A DNA stretch of 63,825 bases, the filler included, from an uncultured Methanosarcinales archaeon (GTDB lineage Archaea > Nanobdellota > Nanobdellia > Woesearchaeales > DATDXC01), in assembly GCA_964510025.1 (NCBI GenBank). It is 4 parts of 4 records of this genome, joined end to end, with 100 filler letters (N's around TTAATTAATTAA, not from the genome) between each part and the next. Parts side by side here need not be neighbours in the genome. Positions count along the whole stretch, not along the records: positions 28,191 to 53,148 come from CAZDZV010000018.1; 3 more parts are not named here. One strand, written 5' to 3'. The notes below the pieces were generated by a model. The model saw nothing but the letters and a program-made list of their open reading frames with translations. It ran no database searches and had not been told where the DNA came from. Shown here in pieces: positions 28,192 through 38,112 of this stretch. Made by a program: the position numbers and the translations under genes. The stretch's first letter is position 1, and the number at the start of each line of letters is the position of its first letter.

Positions 28192-29316
28192 CTTCTTTCA
28201 GCGCTGCAGGAAAAGAAGTTTTCCATAACCGGCCAGTCAGAGAGGTCGGCAGGAGCCATGGTGAGGACAGAGCCAGTGCCATGCGATTTCATACTGGTGG
28301 CAGCAGGCAATCTTGAGACCATAAAAAATATGCATCCTGCTTTAAGGTCAAGGATAAGGGGCTATGGGTATGAGGTCTACATGAATGATACGATGCCCGA
28401 CACAAAAGAGAACAGGGACAAGATAGCTGTTTTTGTCGCCCAGGAAGTGGTCAAGGACAAGAAGATCCCCCATTTCTCCAAAGAGGCTGTTGATGTCATA
28501 ATAGAAGAAGCAAAGAAGATGGCCAACAGGAAAGACCACCTGACCCTGAGATTAAGGGAGCTTGGCGGCCTGATAAGGGCATCTGGGGACCTGGCCACCG
28601 AACAAAATGCAAAACTGGTCCAGCCTAAGCACATCGCGCAATCCAGGAAGACGGCGAGGCCTCTTGAGAAGCAGCTCGCAGATAAGTACATCGAGAGGAA
28701 AAAAGAATATGAGGTCATAATAACAAAAGGAAAGAAAGTGGGCAGGGTCAACGGGCTGGCTGTGATAGGAGCTGAAGCTGCATACTCAGGAATCATCCTG
28801 CCTATTGAAAGCGAAGTTACATATGGCGGGAAGGAGAAAGAGATAATCGCCACAGGGAAGCTGGGAGACATTGCAAAAGAAGCTGTAAAAAATGTCTCTG
28901 CGATAATAAAGAGATACTTTGGAGAAGACATAAAGGAGACATATGATATACATGTCCAGTTCCTGCAGACATATGAGGGAGTAGAGGGCGATTCTGCAAG
29001 CATAGCTGTAGCGACATCAATAATCTCTGCTTTCAAAAAAGTGCCAGTAAAGCAGGACCATGCAATGACAGGAAGCCTTTCTGTCAGGGGGGAGGTGCTG
29101 CCGGTGGGAGGTGTTACGGCAAAAGTAGAAGCTGCGATAGAGGCTGGGCTTAAGAAGGTCCTTGTGCCAAAATCAAACCTGAAGGATATAATAATAGACT
29201 CAAAAAAGCTGAAAAAGATTAAGATAATACCTGTTTCCCATATCTCAGAGGTTCTTAAGGAAGCCTTGGACTGGAATGGCAAAAAGGATATTCTTAAGAG
29301 AATAAGCAATAGCTAA
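28192..29316 (+). CDS. lonB: Archaeal ATP-dependent protease LonB, 5'-truncated
   Basis: [52 protein letters not shown] (Ser) and GGVTAK (Lys) dyad. Confidence 0.93.
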   Translation, partial: LLSALQEKKFSITGQSERSAGAMVRTEPVPCDFILVAAGNLETIKNMHPALRSRIRGYGYEVYMNDTMPDTKENRDKIAVFVAQEVVKDKKIPHFSKEAVDVIIEEAKKMANRKDHLTLRLRELGGLIRASGDLATEQNAKLVQPKHIAQSRKTARPLEKQLADKYIERKKEYEVIITKGKKVGRVNGLAVIGAEAAYSGIILPIESEVTYGGKEKEIIATGKLGDIAKEAVKNVSAIIKRYFGEDIKETYDIHVQFLQTYEGVEGDSASIAVATSIISAFKKVPVKQDHAMTGSLSVRGEVLPVGGVTAKVEAAIEAGLKKVLVPKSNLKDIIIDSKKLKKIKIIPVSHISEVLKEALDWNGKKDILKRISNS

Positions 29317-29440
29317 AAAATTTGTTTTCTGGTCTTCATTGGTTACTGGATATTATACAGATGATTGGACAGGAATTTTCAGCTGCATGAAAATGGACTT
29401 ACAAAATATTTATATACTTCTCTAGAAATATACCTTATTA

Positions 29441-31717
29441 GTGATGTTGGTGGGTAAAAACAAATTAATATTTTCAATAATAATATCAATCTTATTTTCT
29501 TTAACTTTAGTCTCAGCATTGCAGAATTCCTGTTCGTTTTTTGATTCTTCAAATAATATCTACAACTATAAAGAGCCAGATGGAACGGATAGAATATACC
29601 AGGATCCAAACGCAAAAGATAGTGAGCATTATAATCGTGGATACATAAAGGGTGCTGCAGCATTTAACAACAGAACAGAGTATTTTGTCTTGTATGAAAA
29701 CGGACTTATTGGAAAACATTATGAGACAGGAGAGAATAACCCTCCAGAATATGCTATTATAGATGCTTACAATTCTTATGCAACAGGGATTGCAGAAGTT
29801 CCTGCAGAATACGGCTTCGGAGGCACAGTTGCAGTATCAGATAATTATATGATAACTTTCTTCACTACAGATGGAGAATACAAGGGGTACAGGTATGTGA
29901 ATACTTACAAAGTTATCTCTACTAAACCCGACTTTATGAGTAGGGGAGCAGGAAAGATATCAGATATTGCTTTTGATAAAGAAAAGAACAGGATGATTGT
30001 TCTGAGCATGATTATGGGTGGCGCTAACGCCAGCACTAATGTGATGGTTTCAGAATTACTTCCAAATGGAGATTTAAACCTTTTAGAAGAGCATTTATGG
30101 TCAGAGCCAAATTGGGTTCCGATAAAATATTTAGATATGCAAGAACCTTACTCTGACTTATTGGTGGAAGGATATAAGTTTAGGAGCATGAAAGAAGATG
30201 GAGATATATGGCAGTATTGCGAACCTGTAACAAACCTTAATGTACTAACTGCAGGTTCTAGATTGTACCCTAATTATGGTATGGCCGGATTCGCTATTAC
30301 AAACACCTACATCCGGGGATTCTATCAGGTTTACACGCAGGGTGGAATGGTGGTCTATGAAAAGCTTAAGTTTTATGACTATCTTGAACAGGGAATCCAT
30401 AATCATGCAAATATAACATTAATATCTCCTGAAGAGAACGCAACAAGAATCCAAGACCAAGATATTAATTTCACATATAATATTAATTCAACAACACAGA
30501 TCCAAGATTGCAGTTTGATGATAAGTAATCAATCATTAGACTCAAACAATATCAACAATGGCACTATAAATTATACTCAGACTATGATTAATGGTCTAGA
30601 ATTTACATTAAGCTTGCCGATGGGGGACTATACCTGGCATATTAATTGTATTGATATAAACAACAAGAATTATTATTCAGAATCAAGAAATTTGCATGTT
30701 GTTTCGAGCTCAGTAGAGCTTTGTAATGGTATTGATGATGACGGAGACGGATATACGGATGAATATGATGATCCTGTTTTAGGAAGCCCTAGATATGAGG
30801 ATGAGGCTTGCGTTGGTTATGGAGAATGTGAAATAGGTATAGTTGAGTGTAAATCTGGGGGCAATGAAGTTGATTGTTCAACAAACCCGGAAGGTTCTCA
30901 AGACCAGTCACAACCAGAGCTCTGTGACGGCTTAGATAATGATTGTGATATTCTGACAGATGAAGACTTTTATTATAATGATCCAGTATATGGTGCAAGG
31001 TATCTAGACGAAGCTTGCACAGGAATAGGTGAATGTGGAATTGGCTCTGTTGAATGCTTCGATACCTCTACAGCCTCCTGCTCAACCAATCCAGGCGGAA
31101 CAGATGACGAATCCACCACCGAATCATGCAACAGCCTCGACGACGACTGCGACGGTTTCATAGACGAGACCTGTATTAATCTCAGCTGTGGATGGAATCT
31201 TTTTACGATGATCGGAGATGGCATCGCAGCCTACAACATATCATTGAGCAAGGGCTGGAACCTTTTTGGCCACAGCAGCATTGAGCCATTCAACTGGTCA
31301 GAAGCCCTGGTAAGCGATGGAACTGAGACAAAATCCATTCTGGAGGCAGACGACTGGCTTCAATCCACGATATATTATTTTGACAGTGAAAACCATATAT
31401 ATAGGTTTACCCCTGGGGATGACAGCCATCTAAGGCCTAGCAAAGGCTACTGGCTCTACGCTGTAGAGGATAACCTTACGCTAACCCTGCCGGACGTAGA
31501 AGGTTGTGATAGCTCATTTTACTGGCTCGATGCAGAGCTGTCAGATGTATCAGAGACAAAATCAGTTGAAGATGCCCAGGCAGCAGGCTGGCTGCAGTCT
31601 ACCATATACTACTACGATGACAGGTACAGGTTTGTTCCAGGAGATGATGATTACATCTATTCATGGAAAGGATACTGGCTTTATAGCAACAGGGATCTTG
31701 TGCTTATACAGCAATAA
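29441..31717 (+). CDS. Secreted protein: beta-rich N-terminal region, Ig-like domain, three Cys/Asp metal-binding repeats, C-terminal GWNL/GYW module
   Basis: Signal peptide; ELCNGIDDDGDG, ELCDGLDNDCD, ESCNSLDDDCDG; C-terminal ~180 aa homologous to that of 126..4514. Confidence 0.8.
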   Translation: MMLVGKNKLIFSIIISILFSLTLVSALQNSCSFFDSSNNIYNYKEPDGTDRIYQDPNAKDSEHYNRGYIKGAAAFNNRTEYFVLYENGLIGKHYETGENNPPEYAIIDAYNSYATGIAEVPAEYGFGGTVAVSDNYMITFFTTDGEYKGYRYVNTYKVISTKPDFMSRGAGKISDIAFDKEKNRMIVLSMIMGGANASTNVMVSELLPNGDLNLLEEHLWSEPNWVPIKYLDMQEPYSDLLVEGYKFRSMKEDGDIWQYCEPVTNLNVLTAGSRLYPNYGMAGFAITNTYIRGFYQVYTQGGMVVYEKLKFYDYLEQGIHNHANITLISPEENATRIQDQDINFTYNINSTTQIQDCSLMISNQSLDSNNINNGTINYTQTMINGLEFTLSLPMGDYTWHINCIDINNKNYYSESRNLHVVSSSVELCNGIDDDGDGYTDEYDDPVLGSPRYEDEACVGYGECEIGIVECKSGGNEVDCSTNPEGSQDQSQPELCDGLDNDCDILTDEDFYYNDPVYGARYLDEACTGIGECGIGSVECFDTSTASCSTNPGGTDDESTTESCNSLDDDCDGFIDETCINLSCGWNLFTMIGDGIAAYNISLSKGWNLFGHSSIEPFNWSEALVSDGTETKSILEADDWLQSTIYYFDSENHIYRFTPGDDSHLRPSKGYWLYAVEDNLTLTLPDVEGCDSSFYWLDAELSDVSETKSVEDAQAAGWLQSTIYYYDDRYRFVPGDDDYIYSWKGYWLYSNRDLVLIQQ

Positions 31718-31747
31718 TTATAAAGCATAGTGTATTCTCTACCACTC

Positions 31748-32578
31748 ATGGTTAATACCAAAAGGACAGGGATCCTTGACCCAGCTGGCTGCGAAATCGC
31801 CAGGACAGAGGCACCTGAAGGCACATGGTATCACCGCGCAGATGTACCGTTGGATAAGATAGTTGCATTTAGCCAGGTTGTCGGCCTTAGTTCTCCAAGG
31901 CACACCATTATGATGCCTGACGGAAGTTTTGCAGCTCACAGACCAGGCCCCCAGAGACATGAGGCAGCTAGGCCGATCCGCAAAGCTGGCCTGCTCTCTG
32001 TAGTTACAGCTGGACTTTTTATGGTTGCCAGTGCTCTACCGGCATACGGTGATATATCTATAAGGCTAAGAAGCTCTCTTGGTCCGCATGCCGACACGTT
32101 TACTGCAACAGTAGATTCATCAAGCCCAGGATATGCTATACTGCAGCCGCCCGCGAGCCCTTCCGGGGGCATTGAAGTCTATACCCAGCTTGACCTGATG
32201 AGATATACAGCCTACACAATACCTGATTTCGGCAGTTTTCAGCTAAGAACAAGGGCTGTGGATCCGCTAGATATCGGATTTTCCGGAATAAACACATTTA
32301 GTGTCGATATTACAGGTGATCAGGGAAATCTCGGTATCCAGCTTATAGACTACGGGAATGACGCATCAAGAACCACCCCCATAGCCACGCATGATTTTAT
32401 GGCAGATCCGATTTACGAAAAAAATGTCGACAATGCCCTTGGGACTTATGGATATCTTGATCTGATAATCACGCCTGAGCCAAAGACTGCAGGCCTGCTT
32501 GTGTGTGGGCTTGCCTTTCTGTACTTTGCTGGAAGAAGATTCAGCAAAGAAGGCAGTCTTTATACCCCCACAAAATAA
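31748..32578 (+). CDS. Surface protein with a PEP-CTERM-like C-terminal sorting signal
   Basis: Internal signal-like segment (RKAGLLSVVTAGLFMVASALPAYG); C-terminus TPEPKTAGLLVCGLAFLYFAGRR; TATA-like element ~24 nt before ATG 31748. Confidence 0.72.
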   Translation: MVNTKRTGILDPAGCEIARTEAPEGTWYHRADVPLDKIVAFSQVVGLSSPRHTIMMPDGSFAAHRPGPQRHEAARPIRKAGLLSVVTAGLFMVASALPAYGDISIRLRSSLGPHADTFTATVDSSSPGYAILQPPASPSGGIEVYTQLDLMRYTAYTIPDFGSFQLRTRAVDPLDIGFSGINTFSVDITGDQGNLGIQLIDYGNDASRTTPIATHDFMADPIYEKNVDNALGTYGYLDLIITPEPKTAGLLVCGLAFLYFAGRRFSKEGSLYTPTK

Positions 32579-32634
32579 ATTATCACTACTTAATAACAAA
32601 AAAATTTATAAATCACCTTGCATTTCTGTATCTT

Positions 32635-33585
32635 ATGAAAGCAAAGTTATATTTCTTATATGCAGTATTGATATTGTCATTTGCATCTGCTTACACATCA
32701 GACTGGGAGATAAGGATAGAAACCACCCTGAACGGAAGCTCAGACAGCTTTATAGCTGGTGTTGGGGAACCTGCAACCGACGGGTATGACAACACAGCAG
32801 ATGTTATACAGCCGCCGCAGGCTCCAAAGGGGGTGCAGATCAGGACATTGGTGGACAATGTAGAGCTTACCAAAGACTATAGAGGGTCCATCGAGCTACA
32901 AAAAATATGGAAACTTACATTAAAGGCCAATGATCCTGTTGGGATAGGACTTTCTGGCTTAAATGAGCTGACATGGCAGCTTACAGGTGTTCCAGATGAT
33001 GTTGATTTGGTATTGATCGATTATGGTGAGGATGCGGCCAAAATTAACGCTGTCACTTCAATAGCCCTAAAACAGCAATCCAGCTATAGTTTTGATACAG
33101 AGGGTGCATCCGGCCCATACCGGTATATCGACCTTATAGCAGAGATCTCAGAAGTTCCTGAGCAGCAAGACAGCAATACTAGGACAGCTAACACTGGTGG
33201 AAGCCTGGGGGGGAATCCACCGTCCTGCACACCATCCTGGAGATGCACCGATTGGACAGCCTGCTCAAGCGCAGGTATCAGGAAAAGAAGATGCATAGAT
33301 GAAAACAGCTGTGGTACAGCGCAAGGAAAGCCTTCTGAGATTGAATCTTGTATCTATGTTCCAGAACCTGCGGAAGAGATACCGCCGGAAAACTCAGAGG
33401 ATGATGAGGATGCTGAACCAGATGATGATGCAGAAGAAAACTCTGAAAATCCGAATCTGCAGCAGATAACCGGACAGGCAGTTGCTGTAGGAGAGCAGCC
33501 CAGCTTAGCGGTAGGGTTAACAGTAATGCTTGTTATTGTAATAACAGGTATATTGGCCTATTTCTTTATTGTGAGACTCAAATAG
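32635..33585 (+). CDS. Secreted protein with a C-terminal TM anchor; N-domain paralogous to the upstream PEP-CTERM protein, then a TSP1-like Cys/Trp module and an acidic linker
   Basis: MKAKLYFLYAVLILSFASA signal; CTPSWRCTDWTAC...RRCIDENSC; ITGQAV followed by a TM and RLK. Confidence 0.78.
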   Translation: MKAKLYFLYAVLILSFASAYTSDWEIRIETTLNGSSDSFIAGVGEPATDGYDNTADVIQPPQAPKGVQIRTLVDNVELTKDYRGSIELQKIWKLTLKANDPVGIGLSGLNELTWQLTGVPDDVDLVLIDYGEDAAKINAVTSIALKQQSSYSFDTEGASGPYRYIDLIAEISEVPEQQDSNTRTANTGGSLGGNPPSCTPSWRCTDWTACSSAGIRKRRCIDENSCGTAQGKPSEIESCIYVPEPAEEIPPENSEDDEDAEPDDDAEENSENPNLQQITGQAVAVGEQPSLAVGLTVMLVIVITGILAYFFIVRLK

Positions 33586-33637
33586 AAAACTTTAAATATG
33601 TGTGGATTTTATCATTAGGAAAGGAGGGCGTGTCACA

Positions 33638-34063
33638 ATGGGATTTTTTTCAAAATTCAAGCTTAAGTTCGGAAATGATTCTGAAGTGGAAGAAGAAAAA
33701 GAAGAAGGTTATGTCGAGCTTGGTACCGATGAGGGTGACCAGCGTGCGAAGATTACAGTAAGGCCATACGTCCTTCATGATTTTGACAGCATAAGGCCGA
33801 TTCTTGATGTTCTGCGAGAGGGAAATACTATTGCGCTGGTGAACATAAAGCCATTGAAAGATAAGGATCTTGTGGAGCTTAAAAGGGCAATAAATAAGCT
33901 CAAGAAGACCTGCGACGCAGTAGATGGGGATATAGCAGGATTTGGGGAGGACTGGATTGCTGCTGTTCCGAATTTTGCAAAGATCTACAGGCAGAAGCCT
34001 GAACAGAAGAAAGAAGATGTTCCTGAAGTTACTGAATACGGTACTGATGAATCAATGGAGTGA
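33638..34063 (+). CDS. sepF: Archaeal cell division protein SepF
   Basis: AGGAGG SD; GYVEL, LREGNTIALVNIKPL, ELKRAINKLKKTC, GDIAG. Confidence 0.85.
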   Translation: MGFFSKFKLKFGNDSEVEEEKEEGYVELGTDEGDQRAKITVRPYVLHDFDSIRPILDVLREGNTIALVNIKPLKDKDLVELKRAINKLKKTCDAVDGDIAGFGEDWIAAVPNFAKIYRQKPEQKKEDVPEVTEYGTDESME

Positions 34064-36688
34064 TAGTTCTGCGTGATATATGCCGTCGCTTTCGCTTATC
34101 TTGAATCCCCGCTTGTCGAACATATGCTTCATTATATGGTTATCCTTTAGGAAATCGGCATACACCTTTTTTATGCCTCGTTTCTTCGCTATCTCAAGGA
34201 TGTAGTCTGTAAATTTGTTTCCCAGACCCTGCCGGTGCCATGGGTCTGCGACCACAATAGCAAACTCTGCTGTCTCATTATATGGATCTGCTATCAGCCT
34301 TACGACTCCTGCCATTTTTTTGCTTACTTCAGCGATTATTGCTATCTCCCTGTCGTAGTCTATCTGGGTATATCTTATCAGAAGCTCGTGTGTGATGTCC
34401 TTTATCAGCTGGAAAAACCTGAATCTTTGTGTCTGCTCTGAAAACTTAGTGAACATCTCTGCCTCAAGAGGCTCATCTTCAGGCTTTATGGGCCTTAAGA
34501 TAGCTGTTTTGCCGTTGTTCATGGTAAAGGTGGTTGTGTATTCCTTTGGATAAGGTGATATCACAAGATGTGCATAAGGCTTGACCTTCTTGCTTTGCTT
34601 GTCCAGGATGACCTTTGCATCGAGCACTATCCCCCCCTTTTCATCAACTGCAAAAGGGTTTATGTCGATCTCCTTAATCTCAGGGAAGTCCTGCAGCAGA
34701 TAAGCAAATTTATACAGTAGAAACTGTATGGATTTTATGTCTGAGCCCTTAATATTTCTGTATCCTTTCAAAAGCTTGAATACCTTTGTCTCTTCTATAA
34801 TCCTCATAGAGAGGGCCATATTCAGAGGTGGAAGCCCGACGTTTGTGTCCTTGAATACCTCTACTGCCACGCCGCCCATGCCGAAGACTATCACTGGACC
34901 GAAGATAGGATCTTTTTTGGAGCCTATAAGAAGCTCATATCTCTTTCTTATCATCTTCTCCACTAATACCCCCTTTATGTCTGCTTTTGGCATTTCTTTT
35001 TTTGCTGAGGCCGTGATTTCACGATAGGCTGCTTCAGCCTCTTCACAGGAATTGATGCCTATCTTTACTCCACCAACATCTGTCTTATGCAGTATATCAG
35101 GAGAGAGGATCTTCATTACCACAGGAAATCCGATTTCATCTGCCATCCTTGCTGCAGATTTGGCATCCTTGGCCACTCCGCTTTCAGCTATAGGTATATC
35201 ATAGTTCATAAGCAGCTGCTTTGATTCAGACTCAGTAAGCACATTTCCTGAAGCTCTCCTTATGATCTCTTTGTTCTCCTTGATCTTAGGTACAAAGGCA
35301 TGGGGTATTGTTGCAGGAGTCTCATACAGGGCCTCCAGGTTTCTTGCGTAGCCATGCATGGATAAAAAGCACCTTACTGCGCTTTCCGGTGCATCATAGG
35401 CTGGGATGCTGCCTTTCTTAAGTATCTGTTTGCCTCTTTCCACATCATCTTCCCCCATAAAGGATGCCAGCACAGTCTTTCCATGCTTGTTCATCCTGAC
35501 AAGCTGTTGTGCAACCCCGACTGGATCGGTCATTGATTGTGGGGTGAGTATTACCAGCACACCATCTACATTCCTATCCCTCAGGCATAGCTCAGCTGCC
35601 CCCTCATATCTTTCAGCCCCGGCATCGCCAAGGACATCCACCGGGTTGCCTTTGCTCCAGGCAGCTGGAAGCATCTTATTAAGTCTGCCTATGGTATCTT
35701 GGGATAGATTGGCCAGCTCACCGCCGTTCTCGATTAGATAGTCTGTAGCGATGACGCCCGGTCCTCCTGCATTGGTGATTATGGCAAGCTTGTTCCCTTC
35801 AGGCCTGGGTTGCATTGCCAGCGTCTGCGCGCAGCTGAAAAGCTGCTCTATAGTATTAACTCTTACAACCCCTGCTCTTTTGAAAGCTGCCTCAAAGACA
35901 GCGTCATTGCCAGTAAGGCTGCCTGTATGGGACATTGCTGCTTTGGCTCCTTCGCTGCTCTTGCCCACCTTAAGTATGATTATAGGCTTTGTCCTCGCAA
36001 AAGCCCTTGCTGCACTTAGAAATCTTCGGGCATCCTTAAGCGACTCCATATAGATTAGTATGCTGCTCGTGCCCGGATCACTGCCGAAATAGTCGATAAG
36101 ATGGTGAAAGCCTATGTCGAGCATGCTTCCTATGCTTACGAAATGGCTGAAGCCTACATTATTCCTCACAGCCCAGTCCAGGACAGCTGTGCATAATGCT
36201 CCGCTCTGCGAGATGAACGCTATCTTTCCTGGAAGCGCCATCTTGTTTGCAAAACTGGCATTTAGGCTTATTGAAGGTTTGATGAAACCTAGGCAGTTGG
36301 GCCCGAGTATTCTGATCGAATATCGCTCTGCATATTGTCTTATCTTGTCAGACATCTCCCTGCCTTTTTTTCCTGCCTCGTTGAAACCAGCTGATATTAT
36401 CACTGCTGCAGCTACTCCTGCTTTGCCGCATTCCTGTATTATGCCAGGCACCGTCTTGGCTGGTGTCGCTATGACAGCAAGGTCTATCTTATCAGGCGTT
36501 TCTGAGATAGAAGGGTATGTCTTTACGCCCAGGATGCTGTTTCTTCTGGGATTTACAGGATATACTGTTCCCTGGTATCCTGATCCGAGCAGGTTTCTCA
36601 TAAGGTCTCTGCCCACGCTTCCCTCTTTATTGGTCGCTCCCACAACAGCTATTGTCTTTGGATTGAATAAGACCTCAAGATCTTTCAT
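34052..36688 (-). CDS. Acetate--CoA ligase (ADP-forming) family fused to GNAT (Pat/PatZ-type protein acetyltransferase)
   Basis: IAVVGAT, LGPNCLG, SQSGA, SHTGSL, TNAGGPG, HKTDVGGV, DINP; C-terminal GNAT IRYTQIDYDREIA...AEFAIVVADPWHRQGLG. Confidence 0.92.
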   Translation of the reverse strand: MKDLEVLFNPKTIAVVGATNKEGSVGRDLMRNLLGSGYQGTVYPVNPRRNSILGVKTYPSISETPDKIDLAVIATPAKTVPGIIQECGKAGVAAAVIISAGFNEAGKKGREMSDKIRQYAERYSIRILGPNCLGFIKPSISLNASFANKMALPGKIAFISQSGALCTAVLDWAVRNNVGFSHFVSIGSMLDIGFHHLIDYFGSDPGTSSILIYMESLKDARRFLSAARAFARTKPIIILKVGKSSEGAKAAMSHTGSLTGNDAVFEAAFKRAGVVRVNTIEQLFSCAQTLAMQPRPEGNKLAIITNAGGPGVIATDYLIENGGELANLSQDTIGRLNKMLPAAWSKGNPVDVLGDAGAERYEGAAELCLRDRNVDGVLVILTPQSMTDPVGVAQQLVRMNKHGKTVLASFMGEDDVERGKQILKKGSIPAYDAPESAVRCFLSMHGYARNLEALYETPATIPHAFVPKIKENKEIIRRASGNVLTESESKQLLMNYDIPIAESGVAKDAKSAARMADEIGFPVVMKILSPDILHKTDVGGVKIGINSCEEAEAAYREITASAKKEMPKADIKGVLVEKMIRKRYELLIGSKKDPIFGPVIVFGMGGVAVEVFKDTNVGLPPLNMALSMRIIEETKVFKLLKGYRNIKGSDIKSIQFLLYKFAYLLQDFPEIKEIDINPFAVDEKGGIVLDAKVILDKQSKKVKPYAHLVISPYPKEYTTTFTMNNGKTAILRPIKPEDEPLEAEMFTKFSEQTQRFRFFQLIKDITHELLIRYTQIDYDREIAIIAEVSKKMAGVVRLIADPYNETAEFAIVVADPWHRQGLGNKFTDYILEIAKKRGIKKVYADFLKDNHIMKHMFDKRGFKISESDGIYHAELSLH

Positions 36689-36697
36689 TTCTATCAC

Positions 36698-37654
36698 CTA
36701 TACCTTCCAGTATTCACTTAGGTTCTTCTGCAGCTGGTAGGCCCTTCCCTCGAATTCATCAATGGCTATTATCCTAGAGTCAGTTGTCTGCTCGCTGAAC
36801 CTCAGCTTTTTTTTGTTTATGCCATCTATGAAGTTGAAGAGGCATTTAGAGAGCACGATGGTGTTGTAGCCCCCCTCCATTGTGGCAAAAATTGTGTTGA
36901 ACCTGCTGCTGAGCAGCTGACCTATCCTATGATAACTGTTCATGCTCAGCCTTAGGTCCAGGAGCAGATCCTGATGATGCCCATCAAAACCTGCCGACAC
37001 TGCCACAACATCTGGTTTAAACTGTTCAGCAACAGGCATGAACATATCCACTGCCCGCATATAGATATCATCCCCGGTTCCGGGGGGGAGGGCCACATTT
37101 ATTGTGTAGCCTTTTCCTTCTCCCTCGCCTATCTCATTTACGAATCCACTGCCTGGAAAAGCAGGAAATTGGTGCAAAGACCAGTAGAGCACCTTGTCAG
37201 AATTGTAGAAAAACTTGACAGTACCATCGCCAAGATGTGAATCAAAATCGAATATCAGTACCTTTTTTCCCTCATTGACAAGTCGCTGGACAGCAATAGC
37301 AATATTGTTGAATACGCAGAAGCCTGACGACCTGTCTGGATGGGCATGATGGCCAGGCGGCCTTACCAATGCAAAGTCATTTGTCTTGGATGCCATGACC
37401 GTCGCTCCGACTGCATATATTGCTGCCTCATAGCTTTTTTTAGAGACCACGGTGTCGGGATCAAGATGGCCTCCTTCACTGCATGCTTTCCTGATTTCCT
37501 CTATGTACTCTCTGGTGTGAAAAAGCTCCAGGTATCTTTCACCGTTCTCTACCTTTGTATCCTTCAAACCAGGTATAGACTCGAACCTTTTCTTGTTTTC
37601 AGGATGCATGCCTGTATCATGCTGTAAGAATATCTTGTTAAAGATTATGTCCAT
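36698..37654 (-). CDS. Zn-dependent histone-deacetylase-family protein
   Basis: HPEN, RPPGHHA, GFCVFNNIA, DFDSHLGDGT, SAGFDGH, EGGY. Confidence 0.92.
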   Translation of the reverse strand: MDIIFNKIFLQHDTGMHPENKKRFESIPGLKDTKVENGERYLELFHTREYIEEIRKACSEGGHLDPDTVVSKKSYEAAIYAVGATVMASKTNDFALVRPPGHHAHPDRSSGFCVFNNIAIAVQRLVNEGKKVLIFDFDSHLGDGTVKFFYNSDKVLYWSLHQFPAFPGSGFVNEIGEGEGKGYTINVALPPGTGDDIYMRAVDMFMPVAEQFKPDVVAVSAGFDGHHQDLLLDLRLSMNSYHRIGQLLSSRFNTIFATMEGGYNTIVLSKCLFNFIDGINKKKLRFSEQTTDSRIIAIDEFEGRAYQLQKNLSEYWKV

Positions 37655-37687
37655 GCCAATGTTGGCACCCCAGCCCATATAAATATC

Positions 37688-38074
37688 TTATGCTTTTCTC
37701 CGATAGAGATAGGCTAACCCTATTGCGATGATAGTAAAGAGTATAACTGAGTTGACTGCTATCTTCCACATGTTTGCAGAATGAGGTGTCTTGTAGATAG
37801 GAAAGGTTGCAGCTGCAGTTAGCATGCCGCTATCCTTGCTGTAAGCCTGTCCGCATTCCGACGACAGCCTACAGACACCTATGCCATCCTCAAGGCAGCA
37901 CATTTCATCTTCAAAAAAACAGTCAAGATCTGAGCGGCACAGGTCCTGGCATATACCGTTTTCACAGTACATTGACTGCACAGCATATCCGGTTATGGAA
38001 GTGCCCAGGTAGTATAGCATAACACCTATGCATACCACAAAAAGGCATATAAATGCAATATCTTTTCTTTCCAT
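37688..38074 (-). CDS. Small two-TM membrane protein with an extracellular Cys-rich loop
   Basis: N- and C-terminal hydrophobic helices; ITGYAV after TM1; Cys-rich loop. Confidence 0.7.
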   Translation of the reverse strand: MERKDIAFICLFVVCIGVMLYYLGTSITGYAVQSMYCENGICQDLCRSDLDCFFEDEMCCLEDGIGVCRLSSECGQAYSKDSGMLTAAATFPIYKTPHSANMWKIAVNSVILFTIIAIGLAYLYRRKA

Positions 38075-38112
38075 ATTCACTATAATATCTTCATCACTTA
38101 TAAATATTTCTG

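Noticed and set aside
28377..29309. Long antisense ORFs (also 51137..51985, 55683..56507, 36114..36740 and many shorter ones)
   Set aside because: Shadows of well-supported genes on the opposite strand; no recognisable motifs
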